From NCBI RefSeq assembly GCF_964355755.1, contig NC_092670.1, positions 22,244,795 to 22,308,794 of the forward strand: 64,000 bases of DNA, read 5' to 3'. The number at the start of each line of letters is the position of its first letter. Position 1 is the stretch's first letter. A program made the position numbers and the translations under genes. The notes under the pieces are model-generated. The model was not told the DNA's origin, ran no database searches, and saw only the letters and a list, made by a program, of their open reading frames with translations. Source of the stretch: Antedon mediterranea. Lineage: Eukaryota > Animalia > Echinodermata. Below are positions 29,801 through 41,700 of this stretch, one piece after another.

Positions 29801-32800
29801 TTCAGTCAGCTCTGAAATTATAGTACGGCCGAACTAACGTAAATGACCACCTGCTATAGGATAAGATAACACCTGTGCAAAAACATTTTAATAAGCTCTT
29901 TTTTGAACTGGCTGCATTTTATTACTATGCTTAGAACAACTTATTATATAGTTATAAATACACAGGTATACATAAATACACAGGTATACATGTGAATATA
30001 AGGTGGTTGCTCTTTATTTTCTTAAAATAAATTATTTGGAGGAATTACACGCCAAGAGAAATTCCTAAATGCACAGGCGTTCATGTGGTGGTAATGATCC
30101 ATTCAATTCCATTTAATTTACAATTTTTTGTATGGTATAAAATATGAAAACAAAAATTACTGTGAGTGGGTCCAACAATTTCGACACCATTTATATACGA
30201 CTGGATGTGTACCATTGCAGATGTACTGACAAAATTTAGTTCATTCGATACTTCCACAAAAATCATACGATTTGTATCGTCTGAATTGGAATCAATCGGA
30301 TCTGGCACTTTCATCCGCACCTTGGCCCTCGATGGAGTAACAACTGTTGCTTGAATTAGAGTGTTATATACATCTAAAATAGGTGTTACACCACTAGATC
30401 CAACGAATTCTTGATTATCTGCATTTGAAGTTCTTTTGAGGCGTCCATCACTGCTGGAAAATGCGAATATATCACCTTTGGAAACACGTATATGAGAACT
30501 CTGATTGGTCAAAATATACCATTGTTTACCAACATCGTCAGCAGTGTAGACAGACTCTTGAATGAGGTCAGTGCTCATGCTTTCAGGCCAGAAAGCCATC
30601 CCGATGCTACAGTAGCCTGTTCGAAAATTGTAGGTTCCATTAACAGTACAATTTTTCAAACTTACAAATGGTGAAGGCCTGTATACCTAATAAAGACAAA
30701 AATACCTAAAAAAATGATCAATTGAATTCTTCTGAATAATATACAAATTTGTATAGCACACATATTCCTTTTTTTTAATACTTCAATAAAACAAATGGTA
30801 TGGTAATGGCTAATCTATTTGGGAATGGCATTGTAGTTAAGTTTGATGACATCTATACCTCTGGTACTACATACTTGCTCTGTTTATGTAACTTTTATCA
30901 ATAAAAGAATGAATGTTTGATTGCCTTACTTGTAACATGAATGTGCCCACAGTAGCAACATCAAACTCCCAGCTGACAAGAATCCCATCAGATCTAACTT
31001 GGCCTATGTAGTATATATTATCAGTTTCTGTCTGATTATCTTCCTCATCCCATGCAGTAACACCATACACTCTATGACCAGCATCTTTTAGTAAATGCCA
31101 ATTTACACAGACGAGTGGCAACAGTAAGCGGAAAACAAATGAAAATTAGAATCTATGTTATTTCATATGAACATTTACACAGAATTTTAAGAGGACGAGC
31201 GGTTGAGTAGAAATCTGCTCAGGACAGAATCAGATTTCTATAGTCAAAATACCGAATTCTAGCAATAGAAAGGCATGTATTAAACATGGCTTTGGTGGTG
31301 TAGAATGTATATGCTTTAAAAAAAAAATGTTAATTTAATATATTTATAAAAGATTTAAAACTGAGTTTACAGTACAATACATTACACATGCATAGTTTAA
31401 AAGAAAGGTGAGAGAAAAAAATGGAATAAAAAAAAACAACATACACAAAGCACAGGGATGATTCACATATTGTAATTATTGTATTGTACATTATTCAGAC
31501 CCAGGGAAAACCAACAAAACTGTCTCAGTAAAACACAGCGTCCTCAACAACACTAAGGTGACGTATGACCAGATTGTAAATAACAACAGTCTACTCGAAA
31601 AAGCAAACAGTTTGCAATAATTACTTTTTTATTTCCTTATTTATCATACTTATTTGCATCAACAAAATTTACTCCTATATAGGATCCAAATTAAATAATG
31701 TCAAGAATTACACAAGTAAGCGTCCCTGTTGTATAGCTTCCCTATGCCTAGGTTTTTATTACATGATATGTTGTTTCTTTACAAATGTTTCCTGTTTCAG
31801 CTGCGATTTTGTTCTGTTGTTTGGTATTTAAGTTAATACTAGAAGTTTGCATTCTAGTCCTACTTTTAATGTTTCATTTTGTAGAGTTGATTTTTTTAAA
31901 CGTAGTTTTATTTCAAGACTTTCTTCACAATATAATTCCCTAAGTAATAACACCAATATTGATATTTTTTATGATGGCATTGCTTCTTTCTATTATTATA
32001 CTTAGTTAACGTGTAATATCATTTTTCTGTGTTCAATGTCATCTTGTTTTCCGTTTGTATACTGAATTATATTTTTTTATATAAAGTAGTTTTTTTATTA
32101 AGATTTTAACCAGCCTGTTATTGGCAATGATTCGCTGTTGGTTTGGAGTGAAATAAAGAAATAAAGAAAAGAAATTATATATTATCACCTGTAATGTCCA
32201 TTGTAAGGTTTCCCACTTCATATTCTGCGTACACAACTAATGATGATCCAAACACGACACTGACATTACACTCAAAGTAACTAGTAGCAGCGACGATTTC
32301 AGGACAAACAAGTGAAATGTTTGATACTGGCATCATGCTGTTAACAATGGTGTTTAATTCAACAATTTCCGAGGTAGTAGCATCCTCAGCTTCTCCAGAT
32401 ATTGGGTACACCAAAGGCTGTCTGTAAATTATATATAAAAATAAAATAATTGTTTGGAGCTAGACTAGAGGCATTCACTATTTGTGTTCAGTGGTGAATA
32501 GTAGTCATGTAGGTAGTAAGACTATGTTCTTAATTAGATCAACTTATAGTAACCATGGTGACAAATTATATATATAAACTTTCTTTATTCACAAGACTGA
32601 TGTACAGCACAACTCGTTCAGAGAAAATTACAGCAGAATCCCTTCCTTTTGGAATCCCCTATTAAGGGGGCACCATTCCAGTGCTTCCCGCATAAATGGT
32701 ACTTCTATCTAAGGGCACTTTAGAAGTGTCTCTTTAAGAGGGATTCTACTGTAATACATAATAAATGTTTTTTTGTTATGTTATGCATATATTAAACACT

Positions 32801-35729
32801 TTATATTTTACATTGTATTTAACCATTTGTTTGTTATAAATACGTTTTGAACAACTTAACTGAAGTTGGAAGTGTATGCATTGTATGCATTGCTTGTACT
32901 GGATCCTCCACCTAGAACCTCTATTATTAAGTATAAGACATCTTTGGGAAAAAACCCTGAATAGAATAGGTGGTTGGCCATAGTGTCTCCTTAATAGGGG
33001 TGTCCTAAAGAAGTGGGTATGTTTTTATATTTGTATCCAGGTATCTTAAAGTTAGTTTATTTAGCAGACTGGACAGACCTGATGGTACTCACATGAAATG
33101 GTGTTCAATATCATTTGGTGATTGTAATGGAATGTTGACCATCGGGTAATTGTCAGTGAAATCCAAAGACATTGTTATATTCTCAGTTCCTGTGAAGTTG
33201 ACAGCAAATGTTATTTGCTCAAGTATCGGTACAGCAACTTGATCATCATGATATTGTGACAAATCATATGAAAGTTGTTCCAATGCCATTCCTAAAAGTA
33301 AAAGTAAAAGAGTTAATAATTTGTACTGTGCTCAGTCTGAAAAAGATATTATAAAAGTAAACATAAACAGTAACACTACATTTTGAACATTTGAATTACT
33401 CAATCATCACAATAATTATAATTATGGTTTCCACATCTTTATAGTTGTCCCATGACCTACAGTAGAGGATCGTAGGGTCATAGCAGATGAGATACCGCAG
33501 TAGTACTCATCATGATACGATACACAGGCATAAAGCCATATCTCCAGGCTGGCAGAGTTTTTGCTAGATGTTTTCTCCTGAACCGACAACGCCTTTTGGT
33601 TGGTTTTTTTTTGTTGCTACCAACTGGGTGTCCAACCACCCTTCATACAATGCTCCTACAGGAGTTGGTGTGGGTACCGGTTAAGTCACCAGTGTGTGAC
33701 AGTGGCTGTGTGTGTGTGTGGGCTAGCACACTGGGGTAACTCTCTACTCGTTTCAAAAGATGTACTAGGTTCTTTAAAATGCACATGGGCTAGATGTGTA
33801 CACCGGACCTACGGTTTATAGTCATTATTCGAGAAGACTCGTTCTACCACCAGAAGTGAGGATCAAACCCTTGCAGATGTTATGCCTACATAATTAAGGT
33901 TCCACTGTCTTTGCCACTCACTAATGACATTATACAAATGGACATTATATCGTAATCATTATCCACTCCACTACACTATATTTAATTTATTGAACTTTGA
34001 TACAAAATATTATTACCATAAGATCTGTGGTATATGCCAATGTTTCCGAGTTTTGCAGTTGTCTCGTATACAGAGCAGTGTTCATATTCACTACATGTTC
34101 CTGTGCAGGTATCATAGCAATTATCAGACCTGAAAGGTAGATCATGGTAGCCACACAGGCATGTTGAACTGTTTGTCATTAACGTATACCTAAAAAAACA
34201 AATATTAATACTAAATATTTAATTTAATTTATCTAAATACATTTATTGAATTAACAAAAAGAAATCCTTAAAAAATAATATTCTATATTAATTAATCTCT
34301 GCCCTTAAACATCATGCTTAATTTAAGATGAGGTTAAAATAATATTGTGCAGGGTTAGATATTCGCCTTTGGATATAAGGTCAATCGGGACAAAAATGTC
34401 CATCTAGGCCTTAGCGCGGTGATGTAAATTTACATCATCTTGCTAGCCTCATGCCCATGGAACTATTTTTGTCCCGATTTACCTTTTAAATATGGTGCCC
34501 TCTGGAGTTAATAAAGTCGCTTATTGGCCCATGTCCCTCATTTTCAATAATTGAATATGTATTGAAATGATATAACATTACAAAAGCAATCAGAGAGTTG
34601 TGATCGCAACTAGGGCTAAAAAGTGAAAACTCATCCAACCATCATATGACAACTATACCACTTTAAAACTCTGTCTACACTATCAAACTAGTTTGACAAA
34701 AAAAGTGTGATGTGTTCAAATATGCTAGTGACATAACGCAATATGGTAATGACATGACTTCATCATGTCCATATATGGGCACATCTCATTTTTGCATCAC
34801 ATAAAGTTTGTTAGTGTAGACAGAGCTCTACATTGCCTAGCAAAACACAGGGCCCCACAAAATGAAAAACTTGTGTGTTGACACGCCAGTGTATGTAAAG
34901 TTTAGCTAAGGCAATGCCACAACATCAGTACTACTGTCCCCTACAACTTCAGTTTAGTTCCATAAAGCTATGTCTACACTATCAAACTAGTTTGACAAAA
35001 AAAGTGCAATGTGCCCAAATACGGTAGTGATATGCTTAAATATGATAGTGATATGACATCAAATATTTTGTCACATAAAGTTTGATAGTGTAGATAGAGC
35101 TTTACACCACTAAACCCAAAACAATGTTTTGAATTACTGTGAAAGAAGGTTTCTACAGATCGTCATGCATTCAGCAACAGTAACAGTATCAGGGCTGTAT
35201 ATCCCTGGGTTCAATATCAACGGTCTATCAGTCGGATCCAGTGGAATGTCATAGCAACCAATCATTTCTATTATTTAAAAAAAAACATGTTTAGTTTAGT
35301 TGGAACAGAAATACAAATATTTATTAGAAGTACTAGTAGAATAAACTTTTAAAAAGAAATTTTATATTTTGTTATATTAGTATGTGAATTAGGCGCAATT
35401 CAGATTTTTCTGCAATGCCACTTTTATATACTTAAACCAGAATTGAATTAAATTGTACTAAAATTGTAATTAATCTGGCTACAACAATTTTTACCTGTAT
35501 TGGTGGCTTCACTTGTAATCTACAACAAGAACAAAATTGAATACAATCATATAAAAACAAAAAGTTTCAAAATTAATATATAAATGGAATGATTAGAAAG
35601 GAAAAATCTAAATATGCAAAAATAATGTTTTACTTGAATTGTTCAAAAGCATATACAGTATAAGTAATTGTTTTAACCTACCATAAGTGTAATCAAATAA
35701 AAAATCTTCGAAATACATGAAGACGCCAT
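5900..35729 (-). CDS. Polycystin-1/PKD1-like (REJ family) receptor, multi-exon, 3' part outside the window
   Basis: Phase-consistent AG/GT exons: 35682-35729, 35495-35519, 35138-35267, 34017-34189, 33093-33291, 32189-32421, 30930-31084, 30161-30686, 29359-29552, 28905-29043, 28366-28503, 27084-27310, 26449-26584, 25655-25866, 25033-25159, 24421-24707, 23685-23811, 23038-23276, 22408-22552, 19219-22188, 18061-18235, 11037-11129, 9938-10122, 9011-9205, 8428-8558, 6282-6447, 5900-5923. PKD motifs (FGD..., Y...G.Y.V.V.A.N) and REJ motifs (CFANC..RTNPSGR, GNCTIEPAEGYAVETPF.IDC, LPQGDP). GPS/PLAT/TM region not seen in the window. Confidence 0.85.
6124..6183 (-). pseudogene. Degenerate 5S rRNA-derived fragment
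   Basis: Minus strand CACCAGTTCTCAGCAGATCATCAAAGTTAAGCAACGTTGGGCCTGGTAGATAACTTGATG aligns by eye to the central part of invertebrate 5S rRNA (GAAGTTAAGCAACGTCGGGCCTGGTTAGTACTTGGATG). Confidence 0.65.
6282..18235 (-). CDS. REJ-module exons of the PKD1-like gene
   Basis: Exons 18061-18235, 11037-11129, 9938-10122, 9011-9205, 8428-8558 and 6282-6447 join in phase and encode the REJ signature NDFPEVGNCTIEPAEGYAVETPFMIDCYNFTDVDVPLTYEF. Confidence 0.8.
6662..7183. mobile_element. Tc1/mariner-pogo-type MITE
   Basis: Perfect TIR CTGTATTGTTCCTAATAA / TTATTAGGAACAATACAG, TA on both sides, subterminal CCTAATAAACGC repeats. Confidence 0.85.
7903..8219 (+). mobile_element. tRNA-derived SINE with CORE-like body and L2-type tail
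   Basis: Box A-like TGGCGCAGTGTG (7912), box B GGTTCGAATCC (7955-7965), TCCTTAGGCAAGATACTT core, CCACCCAGGTGTATAAATGGGTACC, tail AAGCGCC...GGCGCTATATAAAT..(TAT)n. Confidence 0.85.
9411..9830. repeat. 27-bp minisatellite (~15 units)
   Basis: Near-perfect tandem unit CCATGAATACTGCATACCCTCAGCTAC. Confidence 0.97.
10187..11001 (-). mobile_element. Non-autonomous Helitron
   Basis: Minus strand begins A|TCTATATTATAAG followed by a GTTT microsatellite and ends in hairpin ACCCG-N8-CGGGT then CTAG|T. Canonical TC...CTAG termini in an AT target. Confidence 0.85.
11409..13687 (-). pseudogene. LINE ORF2 (AP endonuclease + reverse transcriptase), frameshifted
   Basis: Six consecutive ORF fragments in different frames carry colinear APE and RT motifs. 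Confidence 0.9.
14613..15539. mobile_element. Non-autonomous TIR DNA transposon nested in LINE ORF1
   Basis: ~38-bp TIR CGCCCGTATTCTTAAACCGGACTTTAGTCGTAGTTCGA / TCGAACTACGACTAAAGTCCGATTTAAGAATACGGGCG with TA duplication. Removing it restores the ORF1 frame (KETL|MSIKDC). Confidence 0.9.
16070..17318 (+). mobile_element. Helitron/Helentron-like element related to the 4-5.8 kb copies
   Basis: 3' end TAACCTATAATTCGTCATAGTGACGAATTAAATCTAG|T. T-rich 5' start resembles the one at 4590. Confidence 0.55.
17364..17678. mobile_element. Palindromic element with tRNA-like internal sequences
   Basis: 41-bp perfect TIR AATTGGTCAGATGTTTTGCCCTACTCTGATGTAATTTGTAC. Box A-like TGGTTTAGAGG and box B-like GGTTTGAGTCC on +, inverted box B copy at about 17457. 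Confidence 0.7.
18428..18740. repeat. Foldback element: ~75-bp-arm hairpin plus a second inverted repeat
   Basis: 18428-18589 is a near-perfect palindrome centred on GAGGCAAAGCCGAG, followed by TTATATAACA...TGTTATATAA. A related fragment lies at about 22300-22398. Confidence 0.75.
19219..22188 (-). CDS. 2.97-kb exon of the PKD1-like gene (PKD repeats and start of REJ)
   Basis: Within the 1004-aa ORF, with multiple PKD repeats (YGDG...HSYKQPGVYTIAIYARN; FGDS...HPYNDSGVYHVDVLASN) and many N-x-S/T sites. AG acceptor at 22189-22190, GTATGT donor at 19218. Confidence 0.93.
22408..27310 (-). CDS. Four degenerate discoidin (FA58C) modules of the PKD1-like gene, each split over two exons
   Basis: Motifs WVSVDLHKPQTITGVVTQG, FQVQYS, IIARHF/IIARYIKV, LELIGC/LQVLGC. 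Exon pairs have phases 1-0-1. Confidence 0.8.
22645..22815. mobile_element. PIF/Harbinger-like MITE, family A
   Basis: TIR AAAGCT(C/A)TGTCTACACTATCAAACT with TAA/TTA-like flanks and internal ~21-bp CACTACCATATTTGGGCATAT repeats. Confidence 0.75.
24818..24966. mobile_element. MITE family A copy
   Basis: CTCTGTCTACACTATTAAACT...AGTTTGATAGTGTAGACAG. Confidence 0.75.
27400..27750 (+). mobile_element. 3' fragment of a CR1/L2-group LINE
   Basis: Peptides LRRRRSLCMGFAKKAAKSEGFSHWF and KNSALPYLTCLLN resemble the C-terminus of CR1-group ORF2. Confidence 0.55.
31095..31260. mobile_element. Decayed half-copy of the 62283-62906 MITE
   Basis: GCCAATTTACACAGACGAG...AGAATCTATGTTATTTC...GGACGAGCGGTTGAG is colinear with 62284-62450. 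Confidence 0.75.
32631..32751. mobile_element. Small Tigger/pogo-like MITE
   Basis: TA|CAGCAGAATCCCT...AGGGATTCTACTG|TA. Confidence 0.6.
33450..33920 (-). mobile_element. tRNA-derived SINE with Deu/Nin-like central domain
   Basis: Minus strand has box B-like GGTTTGATCC, then GTCTTCTCGAATAATGACTATAAACCGTAGGTCC...TTAAAGAACC...GAGTAGAGAGTTACCCCAGTGTGCTAGCC, matching the Deu-domain consensus as remembered. 3' limit approximate. Confidence 0.6.
34017..35729 (-). CDS. Signal peptide and WSC domain exons of the PKD1-like gene
   Basis: MASSCISKIFYLITLM-ITSEATNT-EMIGCYD...TVAECMTICRN...TCLCG...C...CTG...C, the WSC cysteine pattern. Confidence 0.78.
34664..35104. mobile_element. Two MITE family A copies (34664-34830, 34963-35104)
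   Basis: Both carry TGTCTACACTATCAAACTAG...AGTGTAGA(C/T)AGAGC TIRs. Confidence 0.78.
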
Positions 35730-37578
35730 TGCAAAATGGCTTAAACGCAACACGTCCCTCCAGTATCTACGTGGCATCTGGTTCCAACAAAAATAATTTC
35801 CAAGAGAAGACTAATTACTTAATCTAAATTAACAATCAATATTGATCAAAACACAAATAAAAATAAAATTTCATACATTTGTTGTTATTCACTAGTCGTA
35901 ATAATACCCTATGTATATAGACATTAGTAAACAAACAAGTGTTAACTATTGGCTGATTAAACACCTTTCCACCAGTCTGTTGATTCATTAGTGCAAGTTT
36001 ATGAAGAAACATGAGTTTGTCTTAATTAAAACTTTATTACACTATTGATTTGTTTACTTTTACCACTCAATTTGTACTTTTTGCACAATTGACCTAAAAG
36101 AGACTACATTGAGTAAATATAATGAGCAAGACGTCTGCAGGCAATACAGTTTACAAGCTTTCGATTTTTAGACAACTGTCGCCGAACTACACTATGTTAA
36201 TTCTGTGTGCATGCGCAGAGGTTTTTGGTGTTTTTTTTTAGGGCTGAGCAACAACCATCATCAGTTGACTATGATCGTATTGTTCCTAGGTTTTTTTTAA
36301 ATCTGTAAGGAGTGTGCACAAAAATAATGAAAATTGAATTGAAGAACAATATGGGAAATGAGTACAAATTCACAAGAAAAAAAAATACAGTAAATAATGA
36401 GTTTTTGTCTTTTACTACTATTTGAAAGAATAAATAACGCTAAAACTTATATTATATAAATTAATATAATACAATTCTCCAAATTGCTAGAAGAAAAATA
36501 CAATAAAATATATGGTCATCAACGAACCATCCTGATTCATATACATTAACACAGTATATCTAAAAACTTTAAACCATTTGAAATACACAAATGTATTACA
36601 AAACATTTTACATTATATTTTAAATTTATGTATAATGATAAATACACAGTACTGTATGTATGTAAACAGTATGTATATAAAATGTTATAATAACGTGTCA
36701 AGTTTATTGGAAAAGTGAATTTAAAACTTCAACTGTAATTAATTGTGTAGATTAAAATTTTTATATATAACACATAGATGAGTGATCTGTCACGAGAAAC
36801 ATATTAATAAGATTTAACTTTAAAGCAAACATTACAAACAAAATATTTAATTATTCATATCAAATATCAAAAGATCAACAACTTAATTAGTTATTATGCA
36901 TTCATAAGTGTATTCTGAAATCAATAGACAGAAAAGATCACAAACTGTGTGAAACTAACAGATGGTAGAATTCAACAAACAAAGTGTGGTAACATAGTTG
37001 CTATGACAATAATAAACACTATGGTTTACAATAAAAACTGAATTTTGTCAAGTTGTAGTTTACTGGTATAAACTGTACAGTAGTTATTACATTAAATGTG
37101 GGGTACAGTAGAACACCCTTCTTTGGGACACTCATATTCAAGAGATGTTCATATTAAGGCGACACCTTCCCATAAAATTAACCCCTACTTTATACTCTAG
37201 AAATTGACATAAAATTGATTATACACTGAATGTTAGTATTTCTAATATTAATATATTATTATCCTCTTTTATCTCATTTATTTATTTTTATTAAATGTCA
37301 GAAAATTAATCTTTAATAACAAATAACACCTTAAAATAATCTTATTAAACAATTTAAAACCTAATATTCCTTTGTTATAATTAATACTATGTTAGCATTT
37401 ATTATTACATTTTTATTTATACATTATCTATTCTTAGCTTAAATCTTGCCAGCTTTTAGTAAAAGTGTTTCATTGATAATTCAATTCTGGTTGAGTGGCA
37501 AAGCGGCATTGCAGAATAATTTTAATTGCGCTCATATCATTCATTGGCATTTAAAAGTCAGTCAAAATTAACCTTTTT

Positions 37579-37717
37579 TTAAATATGTACTGTCCCCCTG
37601 AAAAAATAATTCTTAACAAATGTTTAATTGAATATGCCCTTTTCGACGTCAATAATAGTTAAGTGTGATTAAATTAATCTTTATTTTTCATGTTTTTGGG
37701 GGACAATACATCTTTAA
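37579..37717. mobile_element. Small TTAA-flanked MITE (Kolobok-like)
   Basis: TTAAATATGTACTGTCCCCC...GGGGGACAATACATCTTTAA. Similar ends at 25972-26286. Confidence 0.45.
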
Positions 37718-38778
37718 TATCCGTTTTCTGTTTAAATGTGGGTTGTTTCAGCAATCAAATACTTATAATTAAAATTTGTCAATCTTTTCCACAATGCAGT
37801 TTTAATATATGTCTTGCAACATGATAACATTTAACCGTCCAAGTGCTTCAACATGGTAGAAAACTGTTTAAAGAACAAATAAGAGCGTATACTGTATATA
37901 TTTATTTGTAGCTGGCTACCATACTATAAAAGCTCAGGTACAGGCATGAATTTTAAATATAATATCTGATTAATTGTACATAAATCAAATATTTGTAACA
38001 GAAATCAAGATGAAAAACTTGAATTTCCCTTAATATGGTCAAATACAAAATTTGACAAAATTCTGCCATAAAAATTTAACCTAATATAATAACATGTTTG
38101 GCGACTCCCTAGAAGGTGAAAAAAGATGGTGGATATATACGGTGGATAATTTTTGCTGTACCATGAAAATAAAAATCTGAAGTTGAATAAAAATACCAGA
38201 AATGTAAAATTCAAATTATATTACCTATATTTAGTCATCTGATAACATTTTTTACCACACCGTTTATTTTTCATAGCTTTTTAAAATGCCTCTCTATTTA
38301 CAAAATTTGTGTACAAAAGAATAATGTGTAATTTGAACTATCAAGAAAGTGCTTATTTTCAACAAGTCTGTGTAACACAAATAAAATCCCAAAAATTATG
38401 AAACATAGTGGAATCTATAGATTGATAATTATTGAAATGTATGATCAATAGAAATGTTTTGCCCGCACCTGGCCTTTAAGCTCTGTCTACACTATCAAAC
38501 TAGTTTGACAAAATAAGTGTGATATCCCAAATGTGGTAGTGATATGTTTAAATATGGTAGTGATACAACATCATCATGTCCATATATAGGCACATCTAAG
38601 GCTATAGCGAAAGGTTAAAAACAGACGAGGCAAAGATGCTTTAAATACATCTATATATAACGATCTGTGCTGGAATTTGGTGGGTGGTGAAAGTGATGAA
38701 TAAAGTGTTTTTGAACTGAACAATAACAAATACAAGTTAAAACAGAGAATAAATCAAACAATTATTTTAATAACTTAC

Positions 38779-41700
38779 TGTATCACACATGTCTGTTGCA
38801 TCCGTCTTTTTAGCAATGTCTAGGCCACTTGCAAAAAGCATCTTTGCAGAATCTATATTTCCAGCCATGGCATTCACCCTTCCATGGATCATCAGTAAAT
38901 CTAGATTATCTGGGGCTGCAGACCTTCCCTTGTCCAGTATAGCTATAGCTGATACATAGTCCTCTGTAACTGCATAACATTTTGCAAGATTTTCTAATAC
39001 AACCTGAAAGTTGGGAGCTAAAGGTAAACATGTGTACTGATACAATTTGATATATTTTTCAGTTAAAGTAAAGCTCTGTCTACACTATCAAACTTTATGA
39101 CAAAAAAAGTGTGATCTGCCAATATAATGGACATCATACCACTATCATATTTGGGCATATCACTACCATATTTGGGTACACCACACTAGTTTGATAGTGT
39201 AGAGAGAGCTCAAAAGCTGTACATGTTCTAGGCACTCATCAGATAAGATTGTGTGCTCTTTAATGAACCCAGTCCTTCAGAGTCGAATATTACCCTGGTG
39301 TACTGGTCCATCTCAGTCTGTGTTGCTGTGGACAAAAAAATGAGTAACGTTTGGTGGGCACTGTACGGCACGAAGGGCCAATACCTCTATTGTATGGCAT
39401 GTATTTGTATGGTCCCTAAAGTGTCCTCTAAAGCTTGGTTCTCACTAGGATGTAGTGTGTTGACCAATGACAAGAATAACTGTGAATAATCTATCGCCTG
39501 TATATGTTGCGTTATGTCCTTGTGTTGCGTCACCAGTGACAACCAAGGATTAATAAGGTTTCTTTTGCATTAGAAGAATTATTCTAAAATGATAAATATA
39601 ATCTACCACATCCTCAGGAAATCTAGCTATTGCTGATTCTAGAAGCTTCACACCATTGCTGCGTTGGTTTTCCTGCACAAACTGGGAGTAGCAGTAATTA
39701 TAGTCAGAGGCGTCAAATTCTTGCCCCGCCTCAAGGTGCTGTAACAACTTATCAGCATCTCCAGTCTTGGAATACTCTCGTATTTTAATGCCTAGAAGTT
39801 GTTTACTGTTTGGGAACCTACATAAGTAACATATAAAAAAACCATGAGAAAAACCTTTATTGTTCAATTGTTCCAAGTTTACTTCTTCACACAACATGAG
39901 GATAATAAAGAAATACAAGATATTTTAATCAAAGTAGAATGATGTGTAAGGAAGACACAAAAGATTTAGTAAATACAGTAATAAATGACTAAAATGAAGC
40001 AATATTTACAAACAAATTGGACTGAAGGGCAGACTTTTAACATAAAAGGGACGCCCCTATTAAACAAAAACTTTGTTGGGTCTCGAAGGTAACCTCTGGC
40101 CTTAATAGAGGTGAATAGTATAGCTAACTCACTTGCGTAAACCAGCATCTACAGAGTAGTCTCCAACAATAATTGTTTCACCTTCTGATGCAAGTTGCTC
40201 TACAGCTGTGTTGTACAACGCGTAGTGTTGATCCATGACAGAATCTGTCTGTAGAACACGCTGTATTGTACGCGATGCATTCTTAAAATCCTTAATGCTG
40301 AAATAGTGATTTATCATCTGGTTGTTCAGGCCTGAAGAAGACATGTTTAAACGACCCTGTTTCTCTAAAATTTCTCCTGTAATCAAGATTATTTTGATTA
40401 AAAGTTATTTATTATTATAATAACATATATTATATTTATTAAAAATGATTACCGATTATTAATGAGATGCTTGTGTAGTCGCATAATTAAACCCTATACT
40501 ATGTGTTTCTGTCATTAAAAATGTAATTTTTTTTGCAAATTTCCTGCAAATTGGCCATCAAATCACAAGGATCGTAAGGGCTATATGTGATGTCATCAGT
40601 CAGATGAAAATAATTTGTTTAACATGGATGTTGTGTCAGTCTTTTTATGACAAAAGGTGCACTTGAATATAAAAATCACCAAACCAAAGAAAATACAATT
40701 TTCAGTGGATGTGTGTATTAAAAAATACAAGTGTATTGGAGATAAATTTGTAAATACCTAGGCTAGGACTACATGCTTCTTACTATGCCTCTAGCCTATT
40801 GCTAGGCCTCTCTCTCTACACCAAGATTGAACCGAAAATGTTGTCAAAAGAAAATGACATGTGACGCTGCGCTTCCAATGGAAACATCGGATCATTTTTT
40901 TCGCGATGGTTTAACTTTTTCAAGATTCATGCGACTCGATTCATGCGACTCGTTTCGATTTTCATTTCATTTCATTTATTTTGTCTCATAAAAATACAAT
41001 ATAAAAAAACATGGACATGAACAAGAAAACATCACACAAAACCAGGCAGAGACAGGATTCCTAAAAAGCGAACTTAATCACTATCTAGTAGGTCTCCTAT
41101 TGCACTGATTGTATAAAAAACATTTAGAATAAAATTTGAATTAAACATTAAAATTGCATATAATACTATATCAAAATGAATTAAAATATATTACAATATA
41201 TTAAAATATATGTGGTTTTTATATTTGACGCTTGCCGCGTGTTGCTTTGCATGTGATTATTCAGTGTGCACCGGCCTATAGTGTAGACTAAGCTTTAACT
41301 ATAGAACAATTCAACCAAAGGAACATGGGACAATACGGCTATTAACCAAGCTACATTATCAATAGTGTATTAAAACAACTATACAGTACCTGCTTTATGA
41401 AAAAATACATGGGCATTTTCCATATCTTTGTTGTTCATGTAGCAGATGGCAATGTTCTCCATTGCTCTAAGTGTGTCTGCATGCTCTAGACCGTGGCATC
41501 TCTATAAATAAAAGAAATTAATTAATCTTAATTGGGGAAGATTTTTCTAATTTTTTTTTTTAATTTTAGAGTCTCACTAATAAATGTATTATTATACAGA
41601 TATACCTGGACTGAACAACAAATATTATTAAAACAATTAATGCATTAAATACAAACTCACATTTTTTAAAGTTAATTTGTGTTTTTTTTCAAATAAAAAT

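Noticed and set aside
31300-32160. Possible decayed L1/Tx1 fragment
   Set aside because: Too degenerate to support by eye.
36200-36220. NRF1-like GTGCATGCGCA as a promoter element of the PKD1-like gene
   Set aside because: Single imperfect short motif with no TSS evidence.
38610-38715. Terminal exon of the DUF4062-NACHT-TPR gene
   Set aside because: Several candidate acceptors and no motif to choose between them.
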